64,000 nucleotides of DNA from Fidelibacterota bacterium. GTDB taxonomy: Bacteria; Fidelibacterota; Marinisomatia; Marinisomatales; TCS55. The position numbers were made by a program, and so were the translations under genes. This document shows positions 31,221-41,587 of this stretch, one piece after another. The notes under the pieces were generated by a model. That model saw nothing but the letters and a program-made list of their open reading frames with translations, was not told where the DNA came from and searched no databases. How positions within the stretch are numbered: the first letter of the stretch is position 1; each line of letters begins with the position of its first letter. The stretch covers positions 32,001 through 96,000 of the forward strand of contig JAPNQO010000079.1 of the NCBI GenBank assembly GCA_027251445.1, given 5' to 3'.

Positions 31221-33847
31221 TTAATCATATCATAGTTTTTTGTGATTTTTTCTAGCTCTAAAACCATATCCTCTTTTTTTTCTTTTTCACGATCGACAAT
31301 ATTCTTTGGGGCCCGTTTTAAAAATTCTTTATTTTTTAGTTTACTATTAGCACCAATTAAATGATTATTCAATTCCTTAATACGTTTTTGCAAACGTTTT
31401 TTCTCAATATCAAAATCAATAATCCCTTTTAATGGTATAAAAATTTCCATGTTATCTACAATGGCAGTCGCAGATTGAGATGGTTTCTTACTATCTTCTG
31501 TCATTTCTATAGTTTCTATTTTAGCTAATGATTTAATTATTAGACTATGAGAATTTAAGATTGATTTTTGTTCACTATTACATTGAACAATCATTTTACA
31601 TAGTTTATTTGGTGGAACATTCATTTGAGAACGGATTGTTCTAATAGATGAAATTAAACTTTTTAATATCTCCATTTCATCTTCTAATGATTTATTAATC
31701 CATTTATTTTCTATTTTAGGCCAATCTTTAACTATAAGGTCAGAGTCATTATGTTTTTTTAATTTTGACCAAATCTCTTCAGTTACAAATGGGGAATATG
31801 GATGAAGTAGTATAATTATATTTTTCAGTACGTATTTAGAAACACTTTTAACCGTGTTCGTATACGATTCGTTATCTTTTTTAAACCTTGTTTTTGAAAT
31901 TTCAATATACCAGTCACAATAATCATTCCATGTAAATTCATAGATGACTTTAGCTGCTTCATTAAAATTAAAATTATTTAAATATTTATTTATTCTATCT
32001 ATTGCAAATTGCAGACGGTGTAAAATCCATAATTCTGGAAGCTTTAAATTATTTTCTGAAAAATCATCTGACATATCATCATCAATATTCATTAATATAA
32101 ATCTAGAAGCATTCCATAATTTGTTTACAAAATTTCTACCGACCTCAAGACCTTTGGATGAAAATAAAACATCCAATCCTTGAGGAGCCATTAACATAAT
32201 TCCAAATCGAACTGCGTCAGTTCCATATTCATCAAATAAAGTAAAAGGATCCGGTGAGTTACCTAATGATTTACTAAATTTTTTACCCGTTTCATCTCTT
32301 AAAATACTGGTAAAGTAGACATCCTTAAATGGTAAATCATCCAAAAATTCATAACCAGACATAATCATTCTTGCAACCCAAAAGAATATAATATCAGGAC
32401 CAGTAACTAGAGATGCAGTGGGATAGTAATATTTTAAATCATGATTATTTTTTGGCCATTCATGAACTGCAAAAGGCCATAGCCATGAAGAAGCCCAAGT
32501 ATCCAAAACATCCTCATCTTGAGTCCAATTCTCTATATCATTAGGCCCACCAACAGAGACATGAACTTTTTCTTTATCTTCTTTATGATACCATACAGGT
32601 ATACGATGACCCCACCACAATTGGCGACTTATACACCAATCATTAATATTATTCATCCAATGATTATATGTTTTAACCCAATGCTCAGGATGAAATTTTA
32701 TACTTCCATTATTTACAGCTTCTATTGCAGGCTTTGATAATTCATTCATTTTTAAAAACCATTGACTTGACATATAATATTCAATTGGAACGTTGCCGCG
32801 TTCAGAAAATCCAACTTTGTGATTATACTTTTCAATTTTTTCTAATTGATCATTTGCTTTTAAATCATTAACAATTTTCTCTCTCGCAGAGTCACGAGAT
32901 AAATTTCTATATGATTCTGGAACATTTGAATTCAGTGAAGCATCTTCATTCATAATATTTATAAACTCAAGATCATGCTTTTTGCCAATGTCAAAATCAT
33001 TAGGATCATGCGCAGGAGTTACCTTAACACATCCAGATCCAAATTCCATATCAACAAAATTATCTCCAATAATTGGTATCTCACGATTTGCTAATGGTAA
33101 AAGAACTGTCTTACCAATCAAATGTTTAAATCTTTTATCTTTTGGATGCACCGCAACAGCTGTATCTCCTAGCATTGTTTCTGGGCGGGTTGTTGCAACA
33201 ATTAATACTTCATCAGAGTTTTTTATTGGATATCTAAAATGCCATAAATGGCCGTTTACTTCTTGATGAATTACTTCTTCATCACTAATTGCTGACTTTG
33301 AAACTGGACACCAATTCACTAAACGAAAGCCTTTATAAATCAGACCTTTATTATATAAAACTACAAAAGCTTCTAGCACAGAATTAGTATAATCATCATC
33401 CATAGTAAATCTTTCCCTGTCCCAATCACAAGAGCAACCCAGTCTTTTAAGTTGTTGTATTATTATACCTCCATATTTTTCTTTCCATTCCCATGAGTAC
33501 TTTAAAAATTCATCTCTTGATAAAGATTCTTTTTTTATCCCTTTATCTTGTAACATTTGTACTACTTTAGCTTCTGTTGCAATAGATGCATGATCAGTCC
33601 CGGGAATCCAACAAGCCTCTCTACCTTCCATTCTTGCTTTTCTAATTAAAATATCCTGTATAGTATTGTTCAAAACATGACCCATAGTAAGCATGCCGGT
33701 AACATTTGGAGGAGGGATTACAATTGTATAAGGTTCTTTATTAGGATCTGGCTTAGATTTGAAATAATTATTCTCTAACCAATATTGGTACCATTTTTCT
33801 TCGATGTTTACTGGATTATATACTTTATCTAGTTTAGATGTAGACAT
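31217..33847 (-). CDS. valS: Valine--tRNA ligase
   Basis: PPPNVTG, ATTRPET, DWCISRQLWWGH, C-terminal coiled coil. Confidence 0.98.
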   Translation of the reverse strand: MSTSKLDKVYNPVNIEEKWYQYWLENNYFKSKPDPNKEPYTIVIPPPNVTGMLTMGHVLNNTIQDILIRKARMEGREACWIPGTDHASIATEAKVVQMLQDKGIKKESLSRDEFLKYSWEWKEKYGGIIIQQLKRLGCSCDWDRERFTMDDDYTNSVLEAFVVLYNKGLIYKGFRLVNWCPVSKSAISDEEVIHQEVNGHLWHFRYPIKNSDEVLIVATTRPETMLGDTAVAVHPKDKRFKHLIGKTVLLPLANREIPIIGDNFVDMEFGSGCVKVTPAHDPNDFDIGKKHDLEFINIMNEDASLNSNVPESYRNLSRDSAREKIVNDLKANDQLEKIEKYNHKVGFSERGNVPIEYYMSSQWFLKMNELSKPAIEAVNNGSIKFHPEHWVKTYNHWMNNINDWCISRQLWWGHRIPVWYHKEDKEKVHVSVGGPNDIENWTQDEDVLDTWASSWLWPFAVHEWPKNNHDLKYYYPTASLVTGPDIIFFWVARMIMSGYEFLDDLPFKDVYFTSILRDETGKKFSKSLGNSPDPFTLFDEYGTDAVRFGIMLMAPQGLDVLFSSKGLEVGRNFVNKLWNASRFILMNIDDDMSDDFSENNLKLPELWILHRLQFAIDRINKYLNNFNFNEAAKVIYEFTWNDYCDWYIEISKTRFKKDNESYTNTVKSVSKYVLKNIIILLHPYSPFVTEEIWSKLKKHNDSDLIVKDWPKIENKWINKSLEDEMEILKSLISSIRTIRSQMNVPPNKLCKMIVQCNSEQKSILNSHSLIIKSLAKIETIEMTEDSKKPSQSATAIVDNMEIFIPLKGIIDFDIEKKRLQKRIKELNNHLIGANSKLKNKEFLKRAPKNIVDREKEKKEDMVLELEKITKNYDMIK

Positions 33848-33877
33848 GCAAAAGATTTATATAATAAATAGTAAAAG

Positions 33878-34381
33878 TTATCTTTCTAAAACAAGACTAA
33901 ATGCTGTCGTCAATTTCAATACATTTTGATTGGTCTCTAAAACTTTCCTGGAAAGGATCTTTGCAAGATTCATCATCACTTTATATCCAATTTCATTATT
34001 ATCATTACATATTGCGAATAAATCATCTTTCATTAATTGGCTTAAATGACATTCCGTAATTGCTTTAACGCTAGCACTTCGGCGGTCTTCTTTATCAAAT
34101 AGTGACATTTCACCGAATAAAGGCCTTAGATTTGCTGATAAATTAATAATTGCTTTTTCACGATTATCTAGCCCTCCCTTATGCATTGAAAGAGTAAGAG
34201 CTTGATTGATCCTTACATTCCCTTTTAATAAAAGATATATTGAATCTCCAACATCTCCTTCAACAATAAAATTTTCTCCTTCTGGAACCGTAATCTCTCT
34301 CATTTTTTCTTTAAACAATGAAACTTCTTCATCATTTAACTTATTAAATATTTCAAATTGTTTTAATTCATTAACATCCAT
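33878..34381 (-). CDS. Stand-alone cyclic nucleotide-binding domain protein
   Basis: EGDVGDSIYLL, FGEMSL...RRSASV; no HTH; the ATG at 34381 after GAGG is preferred over the GTG at 34387. Confidence 0.88.
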   Translation of the reverse strand: MDVNELKQFEIFNKLNDEEVSLFKEKMREITVPEGENFIVEGDVGDSIYLLLKGNVRINQALTLSMHKGGLDNREKAIINLSANLRPLFGEMSLFDKEDRRSASVKAITECHLSQLMKDDLFAICNDNNEIGYKVMMNLAKILSRKVLETNQNVLKLTTAFSLVLER

Positions 34382-34388
34382 AAACACC

Positions 34389-35513
34389 TCAAGGAATTAC
34401 AATGGCTCGTTGGCCTTCTTCAATTAAAAAATTACTTTTTGGGTTAATTACTGTGGTTACTTTACTCTCTTCTTGTAAAGAAATTCCTCCCTCATTCAAT
34501 TTTCTTTCAATAAATGCATCTAAAGCAGATGAATCCGCAGATAAAACTTCTCCAATTCCTAAATTTTCTTCTTCAGAAAATAATCCAACAAGAATTGATC
34601 CATTTGTAGAACGAAAATAGTTAAATAAATCATCAAATGGTCTTCCTATAAATTGTGATGGAATATCTACTCGTTTCAGTCTTTCATCAGAACTAGCATT
34701 TAGCAATCCTTTTGTAGTTTGGGGAATCCCAGGATCCATAACGTGAGAAGCTAACATATAAGCTCCAAAATCATCACTTAAGACAACCTCATCTACATTT
34801 GCTCTACGTATATGGGTTAGATTCTCACGCTGCATCAGATATGCTACGACACGAACAGTTGATGAAATACTCTTTATAGTAAGTGTTGCAAAAATTGTTT
34901 TTTCATCTGGTGAGCCTATCTTTTCATCATCTATATTCGGAATAACAACAACAGTATTAGCGTCTTCAATACTTGCTCTTTTTAATATCTCTTCACTAGT
35001 AAAATCTCCAGCGACAAAATGTAAATCAATATCTTTATATTTATTCCTTAAATGATTTACAATATCTTCGTGAATATCATTAACTAAGACTAAATGAAGT
35101 GAATCTTTTTCAGACAAATTTCTTAATGAATCAATAATTGATTCTGCATTTTGATTCCAACCACATAAAACAATGTGATCACTTATATTTATTTTTTCCA
35201 AACCTTTATCCTCCCTAATTCTTTTTGCTACATATATAGATGAAATAGATGCAGTTAACAGAGAAACTAGCGCAATACCTGCAAACATTATAAAAACTGC
35301 AAATAATCTACCCTCTGGAGTACTAGGAGAAAAATCACCATATCCAACTGTAGTCATGGTGACAATAGCCCACCAGAAAGGAGTTTCTTTTTCTGTAATA
35401 GAACCAGCTTCTAAATACATAATAACTACCCCGCCGATAATCATTACTATAAATAAACCAGCTCCAACCTGGAAGAAACTGTTCCGTATAAGTTTTCTAA
35501 ACCACCGTCTCAT
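34389..35513 (-). CDS. 2TM potassium channel with RCK (TrkA_N) domain, MthK-like
   Basis: Selectivity filter TTVGYGD; Rossmann-like HIVLCGWN, GDFT...LKRA. Confidence 0.92.
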   Translation of the reverse strand: MRRWFRKLIRNSFFQVGAGLFIVMIIGGVVIMYLEAGSITEKETPFWWAIVTMTTVGYGDFSPSTPEGRLFAVFIMFAGIALVSLLTASISSIYVAKRIREDKGLEKINISDHIVLCGWNQNAESIIDSLRNLSEKDSLHLVLVNDIHEDIVNHLRNKYKDIDLHFVAGDFTSEEILKRASIEDANTVVVIPNIDDEKIGSPDEKTIFATLTIKSISSTVRVVAYLMQRENLTHIRRANVDEVVLSDDFGAYMLASHVMDPGIPQTTKGLLNASSDERLKRVDIPSQFIGRPFDDLFNYFRSTNGSILVGLFSEEENLGIGEVLSADSSALDAFIERKLNEGGISLQEESKVTTVINPKSNFLIEEGQRAIVIP

Positions 35514-35567
35514 AGTTAAAAATTTAAGTCTAGAATAATTAAGATATAAAGGATGGATTTATAATAA

Positions 35568-36968
35568 TTATTTTTTTAATAAAGCAACCGTTTCAATATG
35601 TGGAGTGTGTGGAAACATATCTACTAAGGTCATTGATTTTAATTTCCAACCAGATTTAACTAATTGAACTATATCGCGAGCTTGAGTAGTTGGGTTGCAG
35701 GAAACATATACAATCTTTTCTGCATTTAATTTTGGCAAATATTTTACCATATCTGGGTGCATCCCAGCTCTTGGTGGATCAATAATGACTATATTTGGTT
35801 TTGGAATCTTTTTTGGTAATTGACCTGATTTAAAAAATGTATCAAGATTTGCTTTAAGGAATTGAATATTTTTTATACCGTTACGATCTGAATTTATTTC
35901 TGCATCATCTAAGGCAGACCTTATTACTTCAAATCCATAAACGTACTTTGCATTATCAGCAAGATAAAGTCCAATCGTACCCGTACCGCAGTATAAATCA
36001 TAAACAATCTCTTTACCAGTAAGACCTGAAGCCTTCTTAACTTCTTCATAGAGGGTTTCACCCTGTGAAGTGTTTGTCTGAAAAAAAGAATTTGCTGATA
36101 TATCAAAAACTAGATCTCCTATTTTTTCTTGAATAAATGGTTCTCCATATAAAAGAGTTTCATATTCTCCAAAAGCAACATCTGATTTTCGTGTATTCAC
36201 ATTATTTACTAGTGAAGTTATTTCAGGTATTTGTTCAAGTAGAGTGTCAATTAATGGAGAGAGCTTATTAATATCATCATATGCTGTAACAATATTTATC
36301 ATTAAATGTCCTGTATTAATGCCAAATCTCAGTACTAAATACCGTAAAAACCCAACATGGGTTTTAGGATCATAAGGCACTAGCTTAGGATTTTCTAGAC
36401 AAACCTTTCTTGATATTGAGAGAATTTTATTCCCAATCTTGGGCTGAATATGACATTCGTTAATATCTAATATCTTATCAAAACGCCCAGGAACATGTAA
36501 TCCTAGTGCGAAAGACCTGTGTACCCCCTCAGGCTCAGATGAAAGCACCCATCGATTTGGTGAGAAAGTAAATTCCATTTTATTACGATAATGATAAATT
36601 GGATCCGCACCTTTTATTTCATCTAATTTAAATTCTGATAATCCGCCTAGTCTATTAAATATATCCTCAACTTGTTCAGCTTTCTCTTTTAGTTGTTCAG
36701 GGTAAGATAATTTTTGATTCTTACTGCATATCCAATAATGGTTACAGCAAGCTTCTACCGCATTAGGGGATTCAGTAATTATTTGTAATACTCTTGCTTC
36801 TGCATATCCTTTTCTTTTTTTGTAAATACGTACAGAAACTGTTTGTCCAGGTATTGAATCTTTAACAAAAATTACAAAGTTATCTTTCCTTGCTAGACCC
36901 ATTCCTCCATAGGCTAGAGATTCTATTTTTAGTTCTAGCTCAGCACCTTTAACTACAGATTGAGACAT
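35568..36968 (-). CDS. rlmD: 23S rRNA m5U1939 methyltransferase (TRAM domain)
   Basis: YRNKMEF, SFFQTN, DLYCGTG, DPPRAG, YVSCNP, DMFPHTPHIE. Confidence 0.93.
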   Translation of the reverse strand: MSQSVVKGAELELKIESLAYGGMGLARKDNFVIFVKDSIPGQTVSVRIYKKRKGYAEARVLQIITESPNAVEACCNHYWICSKNQKLSYPEQLKEKAEQVEDIFNRLGGLSEFKLDEIKGADPIYHYRNKMEFTFSPNRWVLSSEPEGVHRSFALGLHVPGRFDKILDINECHIQPKIGNKILSISRKVCLENPKLVPYDPKTHVGFLRYLVLRFGINTGHLMINIVTAYDDINKLSPLIDTLLEQIPEITSLVNNVNTRKSDVAFGEYETLLYGEPFIQEKIGDLVFDISANSFFQTNTSQGETLYEEVKKASGLTGKEIVYDLYCGTGTIGLYLADNAKYVYGFEVIRSALDDAEINSDRNGIKNIQFLKANLDTFFKSGQLPKKIPKPNIVIIDPPRAGMHPDMVKYLPKLNAEKIVYVSCNPTTQARDIVQLVKSGWKLKSMTLVDMFPHTPHIETVALLKK

Positions 36969-36983
36969 TAAAAAACTTAGCTT

Positions 36984-37847
36984 TTAATAACCTATAGGAT
37001 GCCAGGTCGTTTTGATTTCTTGGCAATCCATTATTAAGTAAGGATCTTGTGAATCAGGATTCGTCCAATTAATTGAGCTATAATCAAAAGCTCTCTTAAC
37101 ATTTAACGAAGAATTTTTTACAATTAATTCAGCATCTTTAGAGTCTACACCACAATTTATTATTGCATTAACATCCATATGAGAAGAAAAATGATCAATT
37201 AATTCATTACTTAATCCGCTTAATATATTAATTACACCACTGGGGACATCTGATGAATGCAATACTTCAGAAAAAGATATTGCACATAGGGGGTTATCCT
37301 CAGGCGCAAGAACTACAACAGTATTTCCTCCGACAATAGCAGGTGCGATTACAGATATAAATCCCAAAAGGTGCGAATCTTTTGGTGAAATTATTGAAAC
37401 TACACCTGTAGGTTCTGGATAAGAAAAATTATAGTACGGGGTAGCCACTGGATTTACCCTGCTAAAAATTTGCTGATATTTATCAGACCATCCAGCATAA
37501 TACACTAAACGATTAATTGACATTTCCACTTCTTCTTTAGATAGTTTTTTACTTTTTCCTTGAAGGATTAATTCAGAAATAAATTGCTCTTTTCTACTAT
37601 CCAACATTTCTGCAATACGATATAATATTTGTCCTCTATTATATCCTGAAAAACTATTCCATTTATTAAATGCGCTTCGTGAAACTTGAACAGCATTTCT
37701 AAAATCTTTTCTTGAAGCACGGCAAAAATTTATTGTTTGATTATTTTTTGGACTTATCCATTGCATATACCTACCGGATTCAGTTCGACAAAACTTTCCA
37801 TCTATATACAGTTTATATGTTTTTTTAATATGTAATTTTTTAGTCAT
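36984..37847 (-). CDS. Truncated, non-catalytic aldehyde dehydrogenase-like subunit
   Basis: ALDH N-terminal fold (YKLYIDG, YYAGWSDK, EPTGVV, PSGVINIL) without the catalytic Cys domain; 287 aa. Confidence 0.85.
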   Translation of the reverse strand: MTKKLHIKKTYKLYIDGKFCRTESGRYMQWISPKNNQTINFCRASRKDFRNAVQVSRSAFNKWNSFSGYNRGQILYRIAEMLDSRKEQFISELILQGKSKKLSKEEVEMSINRLVYYAGWSDKYQQIFSRVNPVATPYYNFSYPEPTGVVSIISPKDSHLLGFISVIAPAIVGGNTVVVLAPEDNPLCAISFSEVLHSSDVPSGVINILSGLSNELIDHFSSHMDVNAIINCGVDSKDAELIVKNSSLNVKRAFDYSSINWTNPDSQDPYLIMDCQEIKTTWHPIGY

Positions 37848-37851
37848 TTAA

Positions 37852-39336
37852 CTATAAAGTTCTATTATCAAAATTAACATATGGAGCCAGGCCCTCTAAC
37901 CCACCTTCTCTGTGAATTCCACTTTCTTTATAACCTCCAAAAGGTGAAGCAGGGTCAAATTTATTAAAAGTATTCGCCCATATTACTCCAGCTCGCATTT
38001 TTTTAGATACTTGAAATATTTTTGAACCTTTATCCGTCCATATACCTCCAGATAATCCATATGGTGTATTGTTAGCTTTATCAATCACCTCATCTATTGT
38101 CCGAAATGTTTGAATTGCTAAAACTGGGCCAAAAATTTCTTCTTGGACAATTCTATGTGATTGACTGGTGTCTGTAAAAAGAGTTGGAGCACACCAGTAA
38201 CCCTTTTTTGGTATAGTATGTTTTGATTGATAAAAATCCCCACCCTCTTTTTTTCCAATATCCAAATACATATTAATTTTTTTCAGTTGTTCATTGGAAT
38301 TAATAGCACCTATATCAGTATTTTTATCTAATGGATCACCTAATATCAAGTGATCCATCCGATCCTTTAATTTTGATATTATTTGACTTGAGACACTTTC
38401 TTGAACATACAATCTAGACCCTGCACAGCACACATGGCCCTGATTAAAGAATATACTATTAATTATTCCTTCTACCGCTTGATCAATTGATGCGTCTTCA
38501 CAAATTATATTTGCGGCCTTTCCTCCTAACTCTAGAGAATATTTCTTTTTTGAATTAGCAATAGATTTGATTATCATTTTACCTACTTCAGTTGATCCAG
38601 TAAATGCAATTTTATCTACGTTAGGATTGTTTACTAATAATTCACCTGTAGCACCATCACCAGTAATTATATTTACCACACCTGGGGGCAAATCGGACTC
38701 TTGAATAATTTCTGCAAGCTTTAGCGCAGTTAATGGTGTGCTTTCCGCTGGTTTTAATACAACAGTATTACCAGTAGCAAGAGCTGGTGCTATCTTCCAT
38801 GCAGCCATTAATAATGGAAAATTCCATGGTATAATTTGTCCAGCAACCCCAATTGATGAAACTTTACTTCCTGGAAAGGCATAATCAAGTTTATCCGCCC
38901 AACCTGCATAGTAAAAAAAATGCGCGGCAGCTAATGGGATATCAATATCTCTTGATTCTCTAATAGGCTTCCCACCATCAAGAGATTCAATTACTGCTAA
39001 TTCTCTTGATTTTTCCTGAATTAATCTTGCAATACGATATAAATATTTTCCTCTTTCTGCATTATCCATTTTACTCCAAATAGTATCATATGCTGACTTC
39101 GCAGCTAATACAGCTTTATTAATATCAGCTTTACCAGCTGATGCAATTTTTGATAATATTTTCTCATTTGAGGGGTTAATAGAATTAAAATATTTTTTAG
39201 ATAATGGTTTGACAAACTTCCCCCCTATAAATAACTTATATTCCTGGGAAATTGAAATATGATCTGTGCTCTCAAGTGCAACACTATAATCCCAATCAAT
39301 TGAATCACTCTTTTTTACTTTGCTATTTTTAGCCAT
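37852..39336 (-). CDS. Aldehyde (probably acetaldehyde) dehydrogenase
   Basis: PWNFP, KPAE, FTGST, LELGGK, VCCAGSR, EEIFGP, PFGGYKESG; next to deoC. Confidence 0.95.
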   Translation of the reverse strand: MAKNSKVKKSDSIDWDYSVALESTDHISISQEYKLFIGGKFVKPLSKKYFNSINPSNEKILSKIASAGKADINKAVLAAKSAYDTIWSKMDNAERGKYLYRIARLIQEKSRELAVIESLDGGKPIRESRDIDIPLAAAHFFYYAGWADKLDYAFPGSKVSSIGVAGQIIPWNFPLLMAAWKIAPALATGNTVVLKPAESTPLTALKLAEIIQESDLPPGVVNIITGDGATGELLVNNPNVDKIAFTGSTEVGKMIIKSIANSKKKYSLELGGKAANIICEDASIDQAVEGIINSIFFNQGHVCCAGSRLYVQESVSSQIISKLKDRMDHLILGDPLDKNTDIGAINSNEQLKKINMYLDIGKKEGGDFYQSKHTIPKKGYWCAPTLFTDTSQSHRIVQEEIFGPVLAIQTFRTIDEVIDKANNTPYGLSGGIWTDKGSKIFQVSKKMRAGVIWANTFNKFDPASPFGGYKESGIHREGGLEGLAPYVNFDNRTL

Positions 39337-39339
39337 AGT

Positions 39340-40233
39340 TTAATCTAATGAAAAATAATTTGAAGATTGATAATTACCTTGATCCTGTTTTACTATTTGC
39401 ATCAAAACATCATTTGCAAGAGAACTTGCGCCAAAACGAAATAGATCAGGTGTCAGCCAATCATTTCCTAGTGTTTCACGTACCATAACCAAATATTGTA
39501 TAGCTAGTTTAGATTTACCTATGCCGCCTGCTGGCTTCATTCCAATTTTCTTACCTGTTTTATCAAAATAATCACGTATTGCTTCTAGCATAGTTAATAC
39601 TACAACAGGTGTAGCGCTTTCACTAATCTTCCCAGTAGAGGTCTTAATAAAATCTGCTCCTGAATGCATAGCTAATTCGCTTGCCTTTCTTACATTATCT
39701 AAAGTACAAAGTTCTCCTGTTTCAAGTATAACCTTGAGTTTTGCTCTACCGCAAGCTGTCTTTACTTTTGCTATTTCATCAGAAACATAGTTCAATTCAC
39801 CGCTAAGGAAATGCCCTCTTGAAATAACCATATCAACTTCTTCGGCTCCTTCTTCTACTACAAATTTTACTTCTTCTATTTTAGAATTTAAATTAGTCAT
39901 TCCACTTGGGAATCCAGTAGCTACTGATGCGGTTTTAATATTTGTTCTTTCTAAAGATTTTTTAGCTATTGCTACCATACTTGGATAAACACATATTGCG
40001 GCAACTTTTGGCAATCCAGGATGTTTATCATGTAAATGTGCAGCTTTATAACATAACTGCTTTACTTTCCCTGAAGAGTCTCTTCCTTCTAGAGTAGTAA
40101 GGTCTATCATACTTAAAACTGTATTCAACGCCCATATTTTTGATTCTTTTTTAATACTCCTTGAAAAGATTCTATCAACTCGTTCTTTACAACCAACTTG
40201 ATCTATTGTAGTGTTATAAACCATATATATCAA
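39340..40233 (-). CDS. deoC: Deoxyribose-phosphate aldolase
   Basis: IDLTTL, EVDMV, LKVILETG, FIKTSTGK, MKPAGG, FRFGAS. Confidence 0.96.
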   Translation of the reverse strand: MIYMVYNTTIDQVGCKERVDRIFSRSIKKESKIWALNTVLSMIDLTTLEGRDSSGKVKQLCYKAAHLHDKHPGLPKVAAICVYPSMVAIAKKSLERTNIKTASVATGFPSGMTNLNSKIEEVKFVVEEGAEEVDMVISRGHFLSGELNYVSDEIAKVKTACGRAKLKVILETGELCTLDNVRKASELAMHSGADFIKTSTGKISESATPVVVLTMLEAIRDYFDKTGKKIGMKPAGGIGKSKLAIQYLVMVRETLGNDWLTPDLFRFGASSLANDVLMQIVKQDQGNYQSSNYFSLD

Positions 40234-41577
40234 TTACTTATCTATAAATAATTTTACTTTTTTTATTAAATCTTGAGCTATTGTTTTATCTTTTGCTTCT
40301 GCATATATACGAACAATTGGCTCCGTGTTAGATTTGCGTAAATGAATCCATTTATCTTTCCATATAAATTTTGTTCCATCTTCAATATTTATTTTTGCAT
40401 CTTCAAAAATGTTTTTTGAATATGAGATTAAATCATCTAAATCATTACTAGAAAGTTCTATTTTATCTTTCACAATAACAAATTGGGGCAATCCCAAAAA
40501 AATATCATGAATACTCTCATCTGTTTGAGCCAGACGGTTTAAAACTAATGCGCAGGCTACAAGTGAATCTCTACCAAGATGAGATTCCTTTAATATTACT
40601 CCACCATTTCCTTCTCCCCCTAATTCAGCTCCTATTTCTATCATTTTTTCAACCACATTAATTTCGCCTACAGCTGTGCTAATTACTTTACAATCATTCT
40701 TGTTAGCTATTTTTTCTAATATCATAGAAGTTGATAGGTTAATTACAAAAGTTTCTTTTGATTTTTTTTGCCTGATATATCCATCAGCAGCTAGTGCTAA
40801 GGTGTATTCATCGCCAATTGGCTTGCCCATATTTGACACTACTGCTAAACGATCTGCATCTGGATCAAGAGCGAGCCCAATATCTGCATTTGTTTTTTTA
40901 ACAGTATCACTCAACATTTCTAGATTATTCGCCAGAGGTTCCGGCCCTCTAACAAAGTCACCGCTAGGATCACAATTAATCCGAATAACTTCACAATTTA
41001 ACGTTTCGAGAAGCTGAGGCACAGCATCATATCCTGCCCCATTAACTGCATCTACAACTACTATAAATTTCTTTTTTCGTATTTGACTTAAATTAATACA
41101 ACTTAATCCAATTATATTAATAATATGCTTTTGAACAGCATTTACATCTTGAAGTATCTCGCCTAATTCATCTTTTTTATTAAGATTATTTGTTTTATCC
41201 ATTTTTGAAAAAAGTTTATGACATTCATTTGGTCGGAAAAAAGTCCCATCATTTCTAATAAACTTAAACCCATTCCATTCTATTGGATTATGGCTAGCAG
41301 TAATAACTATACCACCCTGAGCTTCAGTTGTTTGTACCATGTACTGAATAGTAGGTGTAGGCGCAATTCCTAATGAAATAACATTTCTACCGCATTTTCG
41401 TAATTGATCTGAAACATTTTCTAATATCTCTTCTCCAGAAGGACGTGTATCACGACAAATCATTATAACTCCATCTGGAATAAGCTGATTAATTGCAATA
41501 GCAAAATCACGACATAATTTTAATGTCAAATCAGAATTGACTAAACCTCGGATTCCAGAAATACTGCGTATCAACAT
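40234..41577 (-). CDS. glmM: Alpha-D-phosphohexomutase (FCB-type phosphoglucosamine mutase; possibly also a phosphopentomutase)
   Basis: SISGIRG, TASHNP, DPDADR, GGEGNGG, RKSNTEP. Confidence 0.75.
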   Translation of the reverse strand: MLIRSISGIRGLVNSDLTLKLCRDFAIAINQLIPDGVIMICRDTRPSGEEILENVSDQLRKCGRNVISLGIAPTPTIQYMVQTTEAQGGIVITASHNPIEWNGFKFIRNDGTFFRPNECHKLFSKMDKTNNLNKKDELGEILQDVNAVQKHIINIIGLSCINLSQIRKKKFIVVVDAVNGAGYDAVPQLLETLNCEVIRINCDPSGDFVRGPEPLANNLEMLSDTVKKTNADIGLALDPDADRLAVVSNMGKPIGDEYTLALAADGYIRQKKSKETFVINLSTSMILEKIANKNDCKVISTAVGEINVVEKMIEIGAELGGEGNGGVILKESHLGRDSLVACALVLNRLAQTDESIHDIFLGLPQFVIVKDKIELSSNDLDDLISYSKNIFEDAKINIEDGTKFIWKDKWIHLRKSNTEPIVRIYAEAKDKTIAQDLIKKVKLFIDK

Positions 41578-41587
41578 ATTATAAAAT

